Shown here: positions 19,701 through 27,420 of the stretch, in pieces
Numbering within the stretch: the stretch's first letter is position 1
Layout of the letters: each line of letters opens with the position of its first letter
NCBI GenBank assembly: GCA_964526835.1
Contig: CAZGMK010000002.1
Location: 147,740 to 211,739 of the forward strand
DNA length: 64,000 nt
DNA from: an uncultured Ignavibacteriales bacterium
GTDB taxonomy: Bacteria > Zixibacteria > MSB-5A5 > GN15 > FEB-12
Reading direction: 5' to 3'
Translations under genes and position numbers: made by a program
The notes under the pieces: generated by a model
What the model was told of the DNA's origin: nothing
The model's database searches: none
Seen by the model: the letters and a program-made list of their open reading frames with translations, nothing else

Positions 19701-22700
19701 TCCGGCTCGCAAAGCGGCATGGTCTCCATGACGTCCGATGGGCAGTCAATATAGACATAGTCCTCGATCTGCACCGGCACACATGCCACCGCCGTATCGG
19801 CGGCGCCGCAGGTATCGATGGCTATTACTTCGATGCAATAGGTACCGTTGGTGTCGGCCTGGAAGCAGACTTCGCCGGTCTCCAGGCTGTAACTTCCAAG
19901 GCTGGTGATAACCTGGGCGATAGTTTCATCGCCATCGGGGTCCCAGACACCGACAGGGAGACATACATCAGTCGGGTCGCAGGTGACTATGGTCGTATCG
20001 AGACAGTAGTCGATGCGCGGGGGCAGATTGACCCAGAGGTCGACCGACATGGTATCTGAGTCTACCAATCCACACGAGTCCATAGCGTAGACTATAATCT
20101 CGTAAAGGCCACTCACTTCGCCCCAGAAACAGACCTTCCCAGTTTCCTCATCGTAGTAGGCGTAAGCGGGATCGGTGCTCTCGACCCACACGTCCATCAG
20201 GTTGTCGTCCGGATCGCTGATCCCAACCGGGAAGCACAGATCTTCGCCTTCGCAAAGATCGATCGAAACATCGGGCGGCAGCACAACCTGTGGCGGGTGG
20301 TTACACTCGACAATGACAGTGAACTGACAGGTGACAGCACCGCATACTGTCTCAATCGACAGGGAGATATTATTGGTCAAGCCGCAATCGGCGAAGAAGC
20401 AGACACTCTGGGTGGTATCATCCCACCAGGTATTCAGCCCCTGCACCCGCACCAGAGAACCCTCCGGGACACCATCGATCGGCAGGCAGAAAGTATCCAG
20501 AACACAGGCGAAGATGGTCGTGTCATTGGGGCAGACTATTTCCAGGTCCTGCTCGGTGTCAACGGTGATAGTCGCGGTTGCGCTGACTGTGAGTCCGCAG
20601 CTATCGGTCACCGATATGGTCAGCTCGTAGACCCCACCGGAATATGGAGTGAAGCAAACCTGACCCTCCTCGTAGACACCGCCGTGACTGACCGTGATGG
20701 ACTCGATGTTGCCGTTGGGATCGTCAATACTGACCGGAAGACAAATCTCGGTCGGAGCGCAGAGGAAAATCGTGGTGTCGGCCATCTCGCTGATCGTCGG
20801 CGGCTCATTCAGATCCACCTCGATCATGGCCGTATCCAGATCGCTGCCACACTGGTTGGAGGCTTCCACGATCAGTTCGTAAGTACCGGCCGCCTCGGGC
20901 GTAAAACAGACGCGACTGTTTTCTCCGTCCCAGGCGCCCAGGCTCGTCGTGACACTCGTATAGGCGCCCTCTATAGCTACCGGAACGCAGATCGGCTCAG
21001 CTTCGCACAGGGCCGTGCTGAGATCGTTCACAGTAACCACCGGCGGGGCGACAAAACCGACCGTCACGTTGATATCCGCATGCGCCGTTGCGCCGCAGGT
21101 ATCGGTAGCGGTGATACTTATGCTGTAGACTCCGGCGGTATCGGCCCAGAAACAGACCTCATCGTTGGACCCGTCGTAAGTCCCGAAGCCGGCGATAACA
21201 TCCTCAAGGTCGCCATCGACATCCTCGGCGACGGCGCTGAAGCAGACCTCACCGGGCTCGCACAATTCGATACTGAAGTCATCGGCCAGTTCGAGAGTTG
21301 GTGCGTGGTTGCCCTCGACTGTGACGGGAATCGTGCAGGTGTCGGCGTGGCCGCAAACATCGGAGACGGCCACAACAATATCGAACTGGTCGCTGCCATC
21401 GGCCCAGAAACAGACCTGGCCCTCGGAATACTCCGCGTTGCTGCTCAGGACTTCATATGTGAGGACGTCACCTTCATCCGGGTCGGTCGCGCTGATTGGA
21501 ATGCAGAATTCAGCGGGCTCGCAGATGGCGAAGGTTTGAGCCTCGGGACAGTCTATGGCTGGCGGACGATTGATCAGAACCGTGATGCGAATAGTATCCG
21601 GTTCGCATGGCGGACAGCTCGGACGCTCGACACCGCCCTTGGCGTATCCGCACTCGTCAACGGCGCAGTAGGTAAAGACATAAGTCGCTGAATCAACATC
21701 ATCCGGCATGAAGCAGGTCTGGCCCGAAGTATCGGTAAGCTGGCTGAATGATCCCGGGCCGCCCTGCTGATAGACGTCGACAGGCTCATTGTCCGGATCG
21801 GTCGCCACGACCGGGAAGCAAATCTCCTCGACATCGCAGAGCGAGATGGTTGAATCGTAGACAATCAGCTCGGGCGGGTCATTGAAGGCGATCGTGTCGT
21901 AGACGAAGCCGGTGTCACCACCGCAGGTATCGTAAGCAGCTACCTGGAAGGTATAGACGCCGGCACTCATGGGCGTATAGGATATCAGGCCGTCGGCTCC
22001 GATAGAGCCTTCTCCGGAAAGCAACTCATATGTCAGCGGATCTTCATCGGCGTCGTAAGCGAGCACAGACACCTCTCGCAGCAACCCCGGCTCACAGAGA
22101 CTGGCCGAGGTGTGGCGGTCGGTGATCTCCGGCATACTGTTAATCTCGAAAGTCACCGTGAAACTGAATTCGCAGTACGCCCAGCAGGAATCATAGGCGC
22201 GCACCGTGACTTGCTCAACTCTGGATGCTTCGGGAGTATAGCACCACTGGCCGTCGACAATCTCGCCGCCACCGTAGGTGATCTCCCAGTTCTTGAAGTT
22301 GCCGTCCGGGTCGGAGACCTCCACCGGGAGGCAGACGGTCTCGGGCCGGCACAAGACGATCGTGGTGTCACCAGGGCCGGAGCAGACAGGAGCGGAGTTA
22401 AGAGATACATCGACTATAGTGACGCAGGTATCAGCCAGACCGCAGTCGTCAGTCGCGATCAGGGTCAGGGTATTGGATCCCTCGACCGGATCGAAACACG
22501 CCGTCCCGTCGGTGAGCGGCTGTCCATTGACCGTAACCGAAACCAGGTTGTCGTCTATGTCGGTGGCGCCGAAACCTTCGATGCAGACCGGCTCGGAGAG
22601 GTCACAGAGAGACATCTCGGTATTGGCGGGACACTCAGCAACCGGCGGCGTATTGACATCGAAAGTGATTTCGAAGGTATTCTCACAGGTCTCGCCACAA

Positions 22701-25279
22701 GGATCGGTGGCGCGGTAGGCAACAGTGACCGTCTCGGGACCGGCCGGCGTGTATTGCCACTGGCCGTCCGAAATCGTTCCGGGGCCACTGACCAGTTCGA
22801 TTATCAGGTCGTCGCCTTCGGGGTCGATGGCGCCAATGGGGATACTCACTTCCTCCGGTGTGCACAGGTATACGGTGTCGTCTTCAGGGGCCTCGCAGAC
22901 CGGCGGCAGATTAGTCTGCACATCAATCCACGTGTCGCACGTGGACTGATTGCCGCAATCATCGATCGCAGAAAGGGTGATATCGTTGCGACCCTCAATC
23001 GGTGTAAAGCAGATGCTGCCCGCGAAATCGGAGCCGTCCTCGGCCTCGAATATGTCGAAGCTGGCACCATTGACGGTTGCCGTCACATTGAGATACCGGC
23101 CGTCGTCAATGGCCGCAAAGCCTTCCAGGCAAATCTCGGACAGGTCGCAGACGGTCATGGCCTGGCCCGGCTCGGGACAAGTCATCTCCGGCGGTTGATC
23201 GAGATGGATCGTAACCGTGAATTCGGACTGGCAGTAATTGCCACAGTCATTGAGGCATCGAATTGTTACCGTGAAGCTCTCAGAGCCGCTCGGCGTATAG
23301 GTCCACATCCCGTCCATGATTTCACCGGGACCGTCGAAGACAAAGCACGTCGCCGTCGGATCGTTAGTCAGAACCGGGATTTCGATCGTCTGGAGGTTGC
23401 ATAGTTCGATCGTTATATCATTGCCTTCGGGCAGTTCGCAGGTGGGAGTCTCGTTTATGTGGGCGATGATCACCGACGTATCGCTGTCAGTGTCTCCGCA
23501 CTCGTCGACAGCCGTGACGATTACGACATATTCACCGCTCTCGACAACTTCGACACAGACTTCGCCAGTGGACGGGTCATAGACGCCGCCCTCGGCGAAC
23601 ACTTCGGCCAGATTGCCGTCGGGATCTCCCACGCCCGCCGGCAGGCAGACAGTGGCAGGCTCGCAGGCCCACAGGGTGTCGTCGGGAGGAAGAACCACCT
23701 GGGGATCACGGTTGCATTCGACCCGTACCTGGAATGAGCAATCGTAGGTACCGCAATCGGTGGTAACGGTGATCCCGATCGTATTGGTCTGTGTACAGGC
23801 GGCGAAGAAACACACTGTCTGGTCATCGTCATTCCAGGAAGCGTTCAATCCGCTTACCGACACACCAGCGCCGGCGGGTATCCCTTCAATGGGGAAACAG
23901 AAGGTATCGACGTCGCAGGCAAAAACAGTTGTATCACCGGGGCAAACGATATCGAGATCCTGTTCGGTCGTGACCATGACCTCAACTATATCAGAGGCAC
24001 TCTCGCCGCACTCGTCGACAGCGGTGATCTCAATCTCATAGGTTCCCTGGGTATAGGGAGTGAAACAGACCTGCCCGTCGGCGTAAACGCCGTGGGTCGT
24101 AGTGATTTCGGACAGATTACCGTCGATATCATCGACCTCCACAGATATGCAAATCTCGGAGGGAGCGCACAGGTGCAGAGTAGTATCCGGACCGGCAGCC
24201 ACTGTCGGGGCCGTATTCATGGTCACCTCGAAAGCGGCCGTGCAGGTATCGCTGCGCCCCAGTATATCGGTGGCGGTGATCTGAATGTCGTAATGGCCGC
24301 CTTCGGTCGGGGTCATACACAGTTCGCCGGTCGCCGGATCGATAGTGGCCACCGGGGTTTCTTCGATCGAAAAGACCAGGTCGCCCGCGCCGCTCTCTAT
24401 TATGGTCGTGGTATAGCAGTAAGTCTGTTCTGCGCAGGCAAAGAGGTCTTCGCTGACACAGGAGATTTCCGGCGGCAGCGGAATGGCTTGTATATGAACG
24501 CAGTCGATCGCGGCCAGGATCGCTACTCGGCCGTCAGGATCGCAGGCCGAATTAGCCGGGTCGTCCGGACCCGGTTGGTCCTCACCCTCATACTTGACGC
24601 CAATGGTGTAGTAGTTCTCATCGGCCAGGGTGAGACTCACCGAGGCGTAGCCGTCGCCGTCGGTAGTGGCGGTGGCCAGGGGGATGTCGTCAGGGTTGAC
24701 GCCGCAGGCATCGAGATGAGCGTAGAATTTCACCTGGCGGCCAGGCATTGGCGCGAAGTTGCCGTCACAGCAATTTTGCTCCAGCAGGATCGTCACATCG
24801 AAGGGCTCACCGACCACAATGCTGTCGGGCGCCTCGACGATCGTGATCCGGGAACCAACTTCGGTTGACGTCGCCGAACCCATGACGCCGGATTCCGTGC
24901 CCGTGGCGGTAACCACAATCGGCTGGCCTGCCTGGGCCTCACTCGCCACCTCCCAGGTCGTGCTGAAGCTGCCCGTGGCGTCGGTGTAGACGGTCCAGGA
25001 AGCGTACTGATCGGCGGGTGAGGCTGACTCATCGAGACGCCGCAGATCCATGGACACCTGCTCAAAGGCGTCATAGCCTCCACCAACGATCACTACAGAC
25101 TCACCGACATCCTTGCTATCAGCACGCACCGTCAGATTCCCGGTGCGTACCGTCGGATCTGTCGATCCGGGGTTGTCCGCTGTCGAGAGCGGACCGGTAC
25201 CGTCATCGGCCGTCACCGGCGCGGCCATAAAGGCTACCAGGACGGCCAGGAGACAGAAAACATACCACGACCGTTTCAT
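16727..25279 (-). CDS. Giant secreted multi-repeat surface protein (about 2850 aa) with cohesin-like, dockerin and T9SS type A sorting domains
   Basis: Start moved to ATG 25279 (MKRSWYVFCLLAVLVAFMAAPVTA signal peptide, GGAGGA 6 nt upstream). About 24 Cys-rich modules. C-terminus QNYPNPFNPTTTIEF...GVYFYRL...KKMVLLK. Confidence 0.9.
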   Translation of the reverse strand: MKRSWYVFCLLAVLVAFMAAPVTADDGTGPLSTADNPGSTDPTVRTGNLTVRADSKDVGESVVIVGGGYDAFEQVSMDLRRLDESASPADQYASWTVYTDATGSFSTTWEVASEAQAGQPIVVTATGTESGVMGSATSTEVGSRITIVEAPDSIVVGEPFDVTILLEQNCCDGNFAPMPGRQVKFYAHLDACGVNPDDIPLATATTDGDGYASVSLTLADENYYTIGVKYEGEDQPGPDDPANSACDPDGRVAILAAIDCVHIQAIPLPPEISCVSEDLFACAEQTYCYTTTIIESGAGDLVFSIEETPVATIDPATGELCMTPTEGGHYDIQITATDILGRSDTCTAAFEVTMNTAPTVAAGPDTTLHLCAPSEICISVEVDDIDGNLSEITTTHGVYADGQVCFTPYTQGTYEIEITAVDECGESASDIVEVMVTTEQDLDIVCPGDTTVFACDVDTFCFPIEGIPAGAGVSVSGLNASWNDDDQTVCFFAACTQTNTIGITVTTDCGTYDCSFQVRVECNRDPQVVLPPDDTLWACEPATVCLPAGVGDPDGNLAEVFAEGGVYDPSTGEVCVEVVESGEYVVIVTAVDECGDTDSDTSVIIAHINETPTCELPEGNDITIELCNLQTIEIPVLTNDPTATCFVFDGPGEIMDGMWTYTPSGSESFTVTIRCLNDCGNYCQSEFTVTIHLDQPPEMTCPEPGQAMTVCDLSEICLEGFAAIDDGRYLNVTATVNGASFDIFEAEDGSDFAGSICFTPIEGRNDITLSAIDDCGNQSTCDTWIDVQTNLPPVCEAPEDDTVYLCTPEEVSIPIGAIDPEGDDLIIELVSGPGTISDGQWQYTPAGPETVTVAYRATDPCGETCENTFEITFDVNTPPVAECPANTEMSLCDLSEPVCIEGFGATDIDDNLVSVTVNGQPLTDGTACFDPVEGSNTLTLIATDDCGLADTCVTIVDVSLNSAPVCSGPGDTTIVLCRPETVCLPVEVSDPDGNFKNWEITYGGGEIVDGQWCYTPEASRVEQVTVRAYDSCWAYCEFSFTVTFEINSMPEITDRHTSASLCEPGLLREVSVLAYDADEDPLTYELLSGEGSIGADGLISYTPMSAGVYTFQVAAYDTCGGDTGFVYDTIAFNDPPELIVYDSTISLCDVEEICFPVVATDPDNEPVDVYQQGGPGSFSQLTDTSGQTCFMPDDVDSATYVFTYCAVDECGYAKGGVERPSCPPCEPDTIRITVLINRPPAIDCPEAQTFAICEPAEFCIPISATDPDEGDVLTYEVLSSNAEYSEGQVCFWADGSDQFDIVVAVSDVCGHADTCTIPVTVEGNHAPTLELADDFSIELCEPGEVCFSAVAEDVDGDLEDVIAGFGTYDGSNDEVCFWADTAGVYSISITATDTCGATAHADINVTVGFVAPPVVTVNDLSTALCEAEPICVPVAIEGAYTSVTTSLGAWDGENSRVCFTPEAAGTYELIVEASNQCGSDLDTAMIEVDLNEPPTISEMADTTIFLCAPTEICLPVSIDDPNGNIESITVSHGGVYEEGQVCFTPYSGGVYELTISVTDSCGLTVSATATITVDTEQDLEIVCPNDTTIFACVLDTFCLPIDGVPEGSLVRVQGLNTWWDDTTQSVCFFADCGLTNNISLSIETVCGAVTCQFTVIVECNHPPQVVLPPDVSIDLCEGEDLCFPVGISDPDDNLMDVWVESTDPAYAYYDEETGKVCFWGEVSGLYEIIVYAMDSCGLVDSDTMSVDLWVNLPPRIDYCLDTTIVTCDPTDVCLPVGVWDPDGDETIAQVITSLGSYSLETGEVCFQADTNGTYCIEVIAIDTCGAADTAVACVPVQIEDYVYIDCPSDVMETMPLCEPDTVCVPVDIVGENYTVTTNYGYYEDGQLCFFADTSAIFAIELYVQGPCNSDTCEVLVSVNISPSDLISCPDDQTVVLCEPDTLCLDYDISPHVTGVSVSDPAWLGEGQVCIPILQSGEIEVTMVATSECGDDTCSFTITSEFNTPPVVGLGDDTTLVVCEPEQICLPFTVNDAEDNIVDVVASEGASIVDSTVCFTPPDFGAFAIVVTAIDVCGEADSDTLNVTLEPGGTPFIVCPQSTQFFSLCEPDTVCVVVPISPFNATVTVEPEGVYKWGAGEVCIRADTTGTYTVTVIAEAACGVDTCAFDIDVSMGVTPEISCPGQIDTLLCFEEPQSICYPVSISGAGADISVSPIGSYSDGQICLPIDTAGHYEVEIAAELSCGADTCVTVINVTADAEPQLFLPTADLVFERCPGDSDIICIDGIYADDFEGIESLMQTCGPGTFTLETNDSGVLCLPADIDFGLHEFCFETYDGCHTVSGSFIVEIIEEEDCGVCMYVRLDAGECIPVGVRKKVDLIMETDMYLGGFDILLSFDASVLGFVGATIAGTEIDGWEYFEYRLNQAGCGPNCPSGVVRFVGIADINNGAQHPPPESRNPNGVVVEMEFQVVNDQNIGDQFLPLRFVNYDCGDNAVSDTTGTELYVDLRIYGPEGYLLWDETDDVNFPESSRPYGMGTPDECFGGGKVDPIRCIEFYNDGICILHPDSIDARGDVNLNGVAYEIADAVVFSNYFIYGLGVFTVNLAGQIAATDVNADGSTLTVADLVLLIRVIVGDAVPVPKVTPHEQALVVEAADQGPTLAVSAESSHDIGAALLVFDMSGDVSINGLRLAGDAAGMELLWGIQDGQLRALVWDLGTEHMFAGRNNLIEVDYEGGQLNLVEAQAADYQGRPYNCVFKGGSTVPDEFSLGQNYPNPFNPTTTIEFALPNAGEWHLSIFNIQGNLVNQFNGKASAGTHQVIWDGCSSSGASVASGVYFYRLDADDFSATKKMVLLK
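16730..16999 (-). other. T9SS type A C-terminal sorting domain of the giant protein
   Basis: EFSLGQNYPNPFNPTTTIEFALP...LSIFNIQGNLV...GTHQVIWDG...ASGVYFYRLDADDFSATKKMVLLK matches the Por-secretion-tail pattern. Confidence 0.85.
17387..17587 (-). other. Dockerin-like module (two EF-hand-like Ca loops)
   Basis: GDVNLNGVAYEIADAVVFSNYFIYG ... TDVNADGSTLTVADLVLLIRVIVGD is the duplicated DxNxDGxxxxxD + helix pattern of type I dockerins. Confidence 0.65.
17762..18229 (-). other. Cohesin-like beta-sandwich domain
   Basis: VDLIMETDMYLGGFDILLSFDASVLGFVGATIAG...VVRFVGIAD...VVVEMEFQVV resembles the cohesin signature (GGFDF.L.YD...L). Assigned from memory of the motif only. Confidence 0.4.
18230..24484 (-). 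repeat. Coding tandem array of about 24 divergent ~82-104 aa Cys-rich modules
   Basis: Recurrent skeleton N.(P/A)P......D......C.P....C.P....D.D(G/D)(N/D)......G.Y......CF.P...G.Y...(I/V).A.D.CG.......(I/V).V. Module boundaries were delimited by hand. Confidence 0.8.
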
Positions 25280-25786
25280 TATATCCTCCAGGAGATTTGG
25301 TCTGTCGGGCGGGACGCTAAAGCCGCCATTCGGATTCCCTCGCTCTTGCCCCACTGAGCCGTGGGCTTATGCAGTACGGGGCCGGAGCCCCCATTGAGGC
25401 GCAATTCGCGCGTCTTAGTCGCATCACAATATGCTATCGAGTCGTCGTTAACGTCTGCAGTAAAATGACTGTATCGTACGAGCACCATAATATAGCGGCT
25501 TTGCCTTTGATGTCAACACACTTCAACTCACTCACGGACTGCTGCAATATCCGGGCCAAATTCGTAATCTGTTATTCTGCTGTGAGTTACAATCACTGAG
25601 GGCTCCCCGGCGCACAGGTCTGCCCAAATTGTGAAGCCGGGGTAACAGATTATGACTGTTTCTTTTCAGCACAAGCTCATGGGGATTCGTCTGTGACAAG
25701 GCAAGCACATCTGACGGACGACGCAGATTCTGAGTTGTCGGGTCGGCCTGAGACGGCTATATTGAAAGCAGAGGGAGTTTGTCAAT
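25280..25786. promoter_or_regulatory. Divergent promoter / 5'-UTR region between the giant gene and the disrupted T9SS cargo gene
   Basis: 507 bp without a credible ORF, visibly more AT-rich than flanking coding DNA. Both flanking genes start with good SD sequences. Confidence 0.5.
25563..25654 (+). other. Nested inverted repeat (12-bp outer stem, 7-bp inner stem), candidate structured RNA or operator
   Basis: cgtaatctgtta (25563..25574) pairs with taacagattatg (25643..25654). This includes one G-U pair that is valid only on the plus-strand RNA. Inner stem: ccccggc (25605..25611) pairs with gccgggg (25636..25642). Confidence 0.4.
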
Positions 25787-27351
25787 ATGGGTCCTGCATC
25801 GGTTCTGGTGTCGCTTTTCTTTGTGGCCGTCGGTGCCCTCGGCCATGAGCCGCCTGTTGGGAAGCAGCCGTCCGACCCGGCGAGCACTGGAATTCATGAC
25901 GACTCTGTGCGGTATCCGGTCGCCGAGGCGACTCACCGAACCTCGCAGATAGAGGCCAGCGTCTCCTGCTCCGGTGGAATGGGCCTGTACAACGGCAGCA
26001 GCCCTTACTTTGTCTTTCCGGCCGGCAGCAAGATGTCATACCTGTTCAGCGCCGATATCTGGGTTGGAGGCATTGTCGAGCAGGACACGGCTGTCTCGAC
26101 ATCGCTCTGGTACCAGTTCTACTGCCGTGAAGGGAGCCCTATTCTGACGTCGGGCCAAGAGCTCTTTCCTCCCAGCTCACAGCGAGACTATGTTCGCCAC
26201 CTGCGGCCGATCGCTTCATGCGCGGCCGGCACGGCCTTCCGGACCGAGGCAGTCGATACTTTCGCGGCCGAACACGGGCTTCGAAATTTCGACACCGGCA
26301 CAACAGTTACCCCCCACCGGCCCATGGGGATTCGGTCGAGGCCTTCTATGGTCGAGTGTTGGATGGAATCGACTACGAGCTTTATTCCTTCGTAGATTCG
26401 CTTCGGGAGAGTGTCATTCGCTGGGAAGACCTCGCCCGTTTCGAGACGGTGCTCATCGAAGACGGCGCCGGAGGGCAAATACTTTTGAACGCCGGCTCCC
26501 ACTCCCGTCTGTTGTCGTTTCTTGTCGATGCCGGCCGCCATGTAATCTACTTCAGTTTCCCGCCCGGCGCGGAACACATCGACTTCACGCGGGATGTGTC
26601 GACGATTGAATACACCGCGATGTCGCCGGAGCATCGCTACCTCGGATTGGACAGCTCAATTTGCCGGGGCTTGAGGAGCTGGTATTCCGGTGATCACGTC
26701 AAGGACACGCTGGCCGGCTTCGTCAGAGCCGAGCCTGCAGATGGGTGGCCCCTTGTCGAGTACGCAGGCGCCCGCGGCAGGGTGAGCGACATCTTCGCAC
26801 ACTTCTTCGATCCCGATTCGTGCCTGCCGTGCACTCCTGCCTTCTTTCCTGATGAGCGGGCCCGAGCAATCTACACCTACGGCTCGGCCTGGCCGGAGTG
26901 CTCTCACCTGCACGGTTTGACCTGCGGCGTCGAGATGATCCACCTCCAGGGCCGGGCGCACGCATTCTCGTTTCACCTGCGGGGCATCAGAGAACGGCAG
27001 GCCCGGCGATTAGTCGAGAAACTCCTGGATCAGCCTTCTTCACATCCTTCTGCAACGCCGATGCCGAAGGATTTCGACGTTCAGTAGAACTACCCCAATC
27101 CATTCAACTCCGGGACTACCATCACATTCACACTGGCATCCTGGAGCCCGGTAACCCTGGATATCTATAACGTTCTGGGACGGCGAGTAAGAACTCTGCT
27201 CGCTGGCGAGGTCCTGCCGACCGGTATCTCGCACACGATCAATTGGGACGGTACGGACAGCAGAGGTCAGACGGTGTCGACGGGTGTCTACTTCTATCGC
27301 CTGCAGACCAACGATCGGGTCGAGACGAAGAAGATGATGCTGGTACGGTAG
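25787..27351 (+). pseudogene. Disrupted T9SS type A cargo gene (frameshift near 26310..26330 plus in-frame TAG at 27085..27087)
   Basis: ORF 25787..26395 (signal peptide) and ORF 26218..27087 overlap in different frames. Coding-like third-position bias switches frame near the C6 run (26310..26315) and G4 run (26326..26329). After TAG the same frame continues NYPNPFNSGTTITF...GVYFYRLQTNDRVETKKMMLVR to a TAG at 27349..27351. Confidence 0.55.
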
Positions 27352-27375
27352 ACCGCCGGACGGCCCGGATGAATT

Positions 27376-27402
27376 GTCCCGCCGCCCGGATGGTGGCGGG
27401 AC
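27376..27402. terminator. Hairpin between convergent genes (terminator-like, no U-tract)
   Basis: gtcccgcc ... ggcgggac forms an 8-bp GC-rich stem. Confidence 0.35.
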
Positions 27403-27420
27403 ACCGATTGCGTTCGGGAG

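Noticed and set aside
18230-24484. Periodic DNA of about 260 bp considered as a possible CRISPR or satellite array.
   Set aside because: Units are long, divergent at the DNA level and in one continuous reading frame. There is no short conserved direct repeat with unique spacers and there are no cas genes.
17288-24868. Long plus-strand ORFs inside the giant gene (17288..18262, 18275..19579, 20297..21691, 22112..23404, 24092..24868).
   Set aside because: They are antisense shadow ORFs of a GC-rich gene. Their translations are Arg/Gly/Asp/Val-rich and low-complexity, with no motifs, starts with RBS, or signal sequences. The minus-strand frame carries coherent domain structure end to end.
25280-25354. 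The 25-aa N-terminal extension of the giant ORF (MGQERGNPNGGFSVPPDRPNLLEDI).
   Set aside because: The internal ATG at 25279 is preceded by GGAGGA at ideal spacing and starts a canonical signal peptide. The extension has neither feature.
26305-26335. Programmed -1 ribosomal frameshift joining ORFs 25787..26395 and 26218..27087.
   Set aside because: There is no X-XXY-YYZ slippery heptamer in the zero frame at the C6 run and no obvious downstream pseudoknot. Combined with the separate nonsense lesion, a homopolymer indel (mutation or sequencing error) is more likely.
27085-27087. TAG reassigned to Gln (alternative genetic code), since the TAG sits on a conserved Gln position.
   Set aside because: TAG is used as a genuine terminator by neighbouring genes (for example rlmH at 16668..16670) and by this same gene at 27349..27351. 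No other conserved gene in the window needs TAG readthrough. A CAG-to-TAG point mutation is the simpler explanation.
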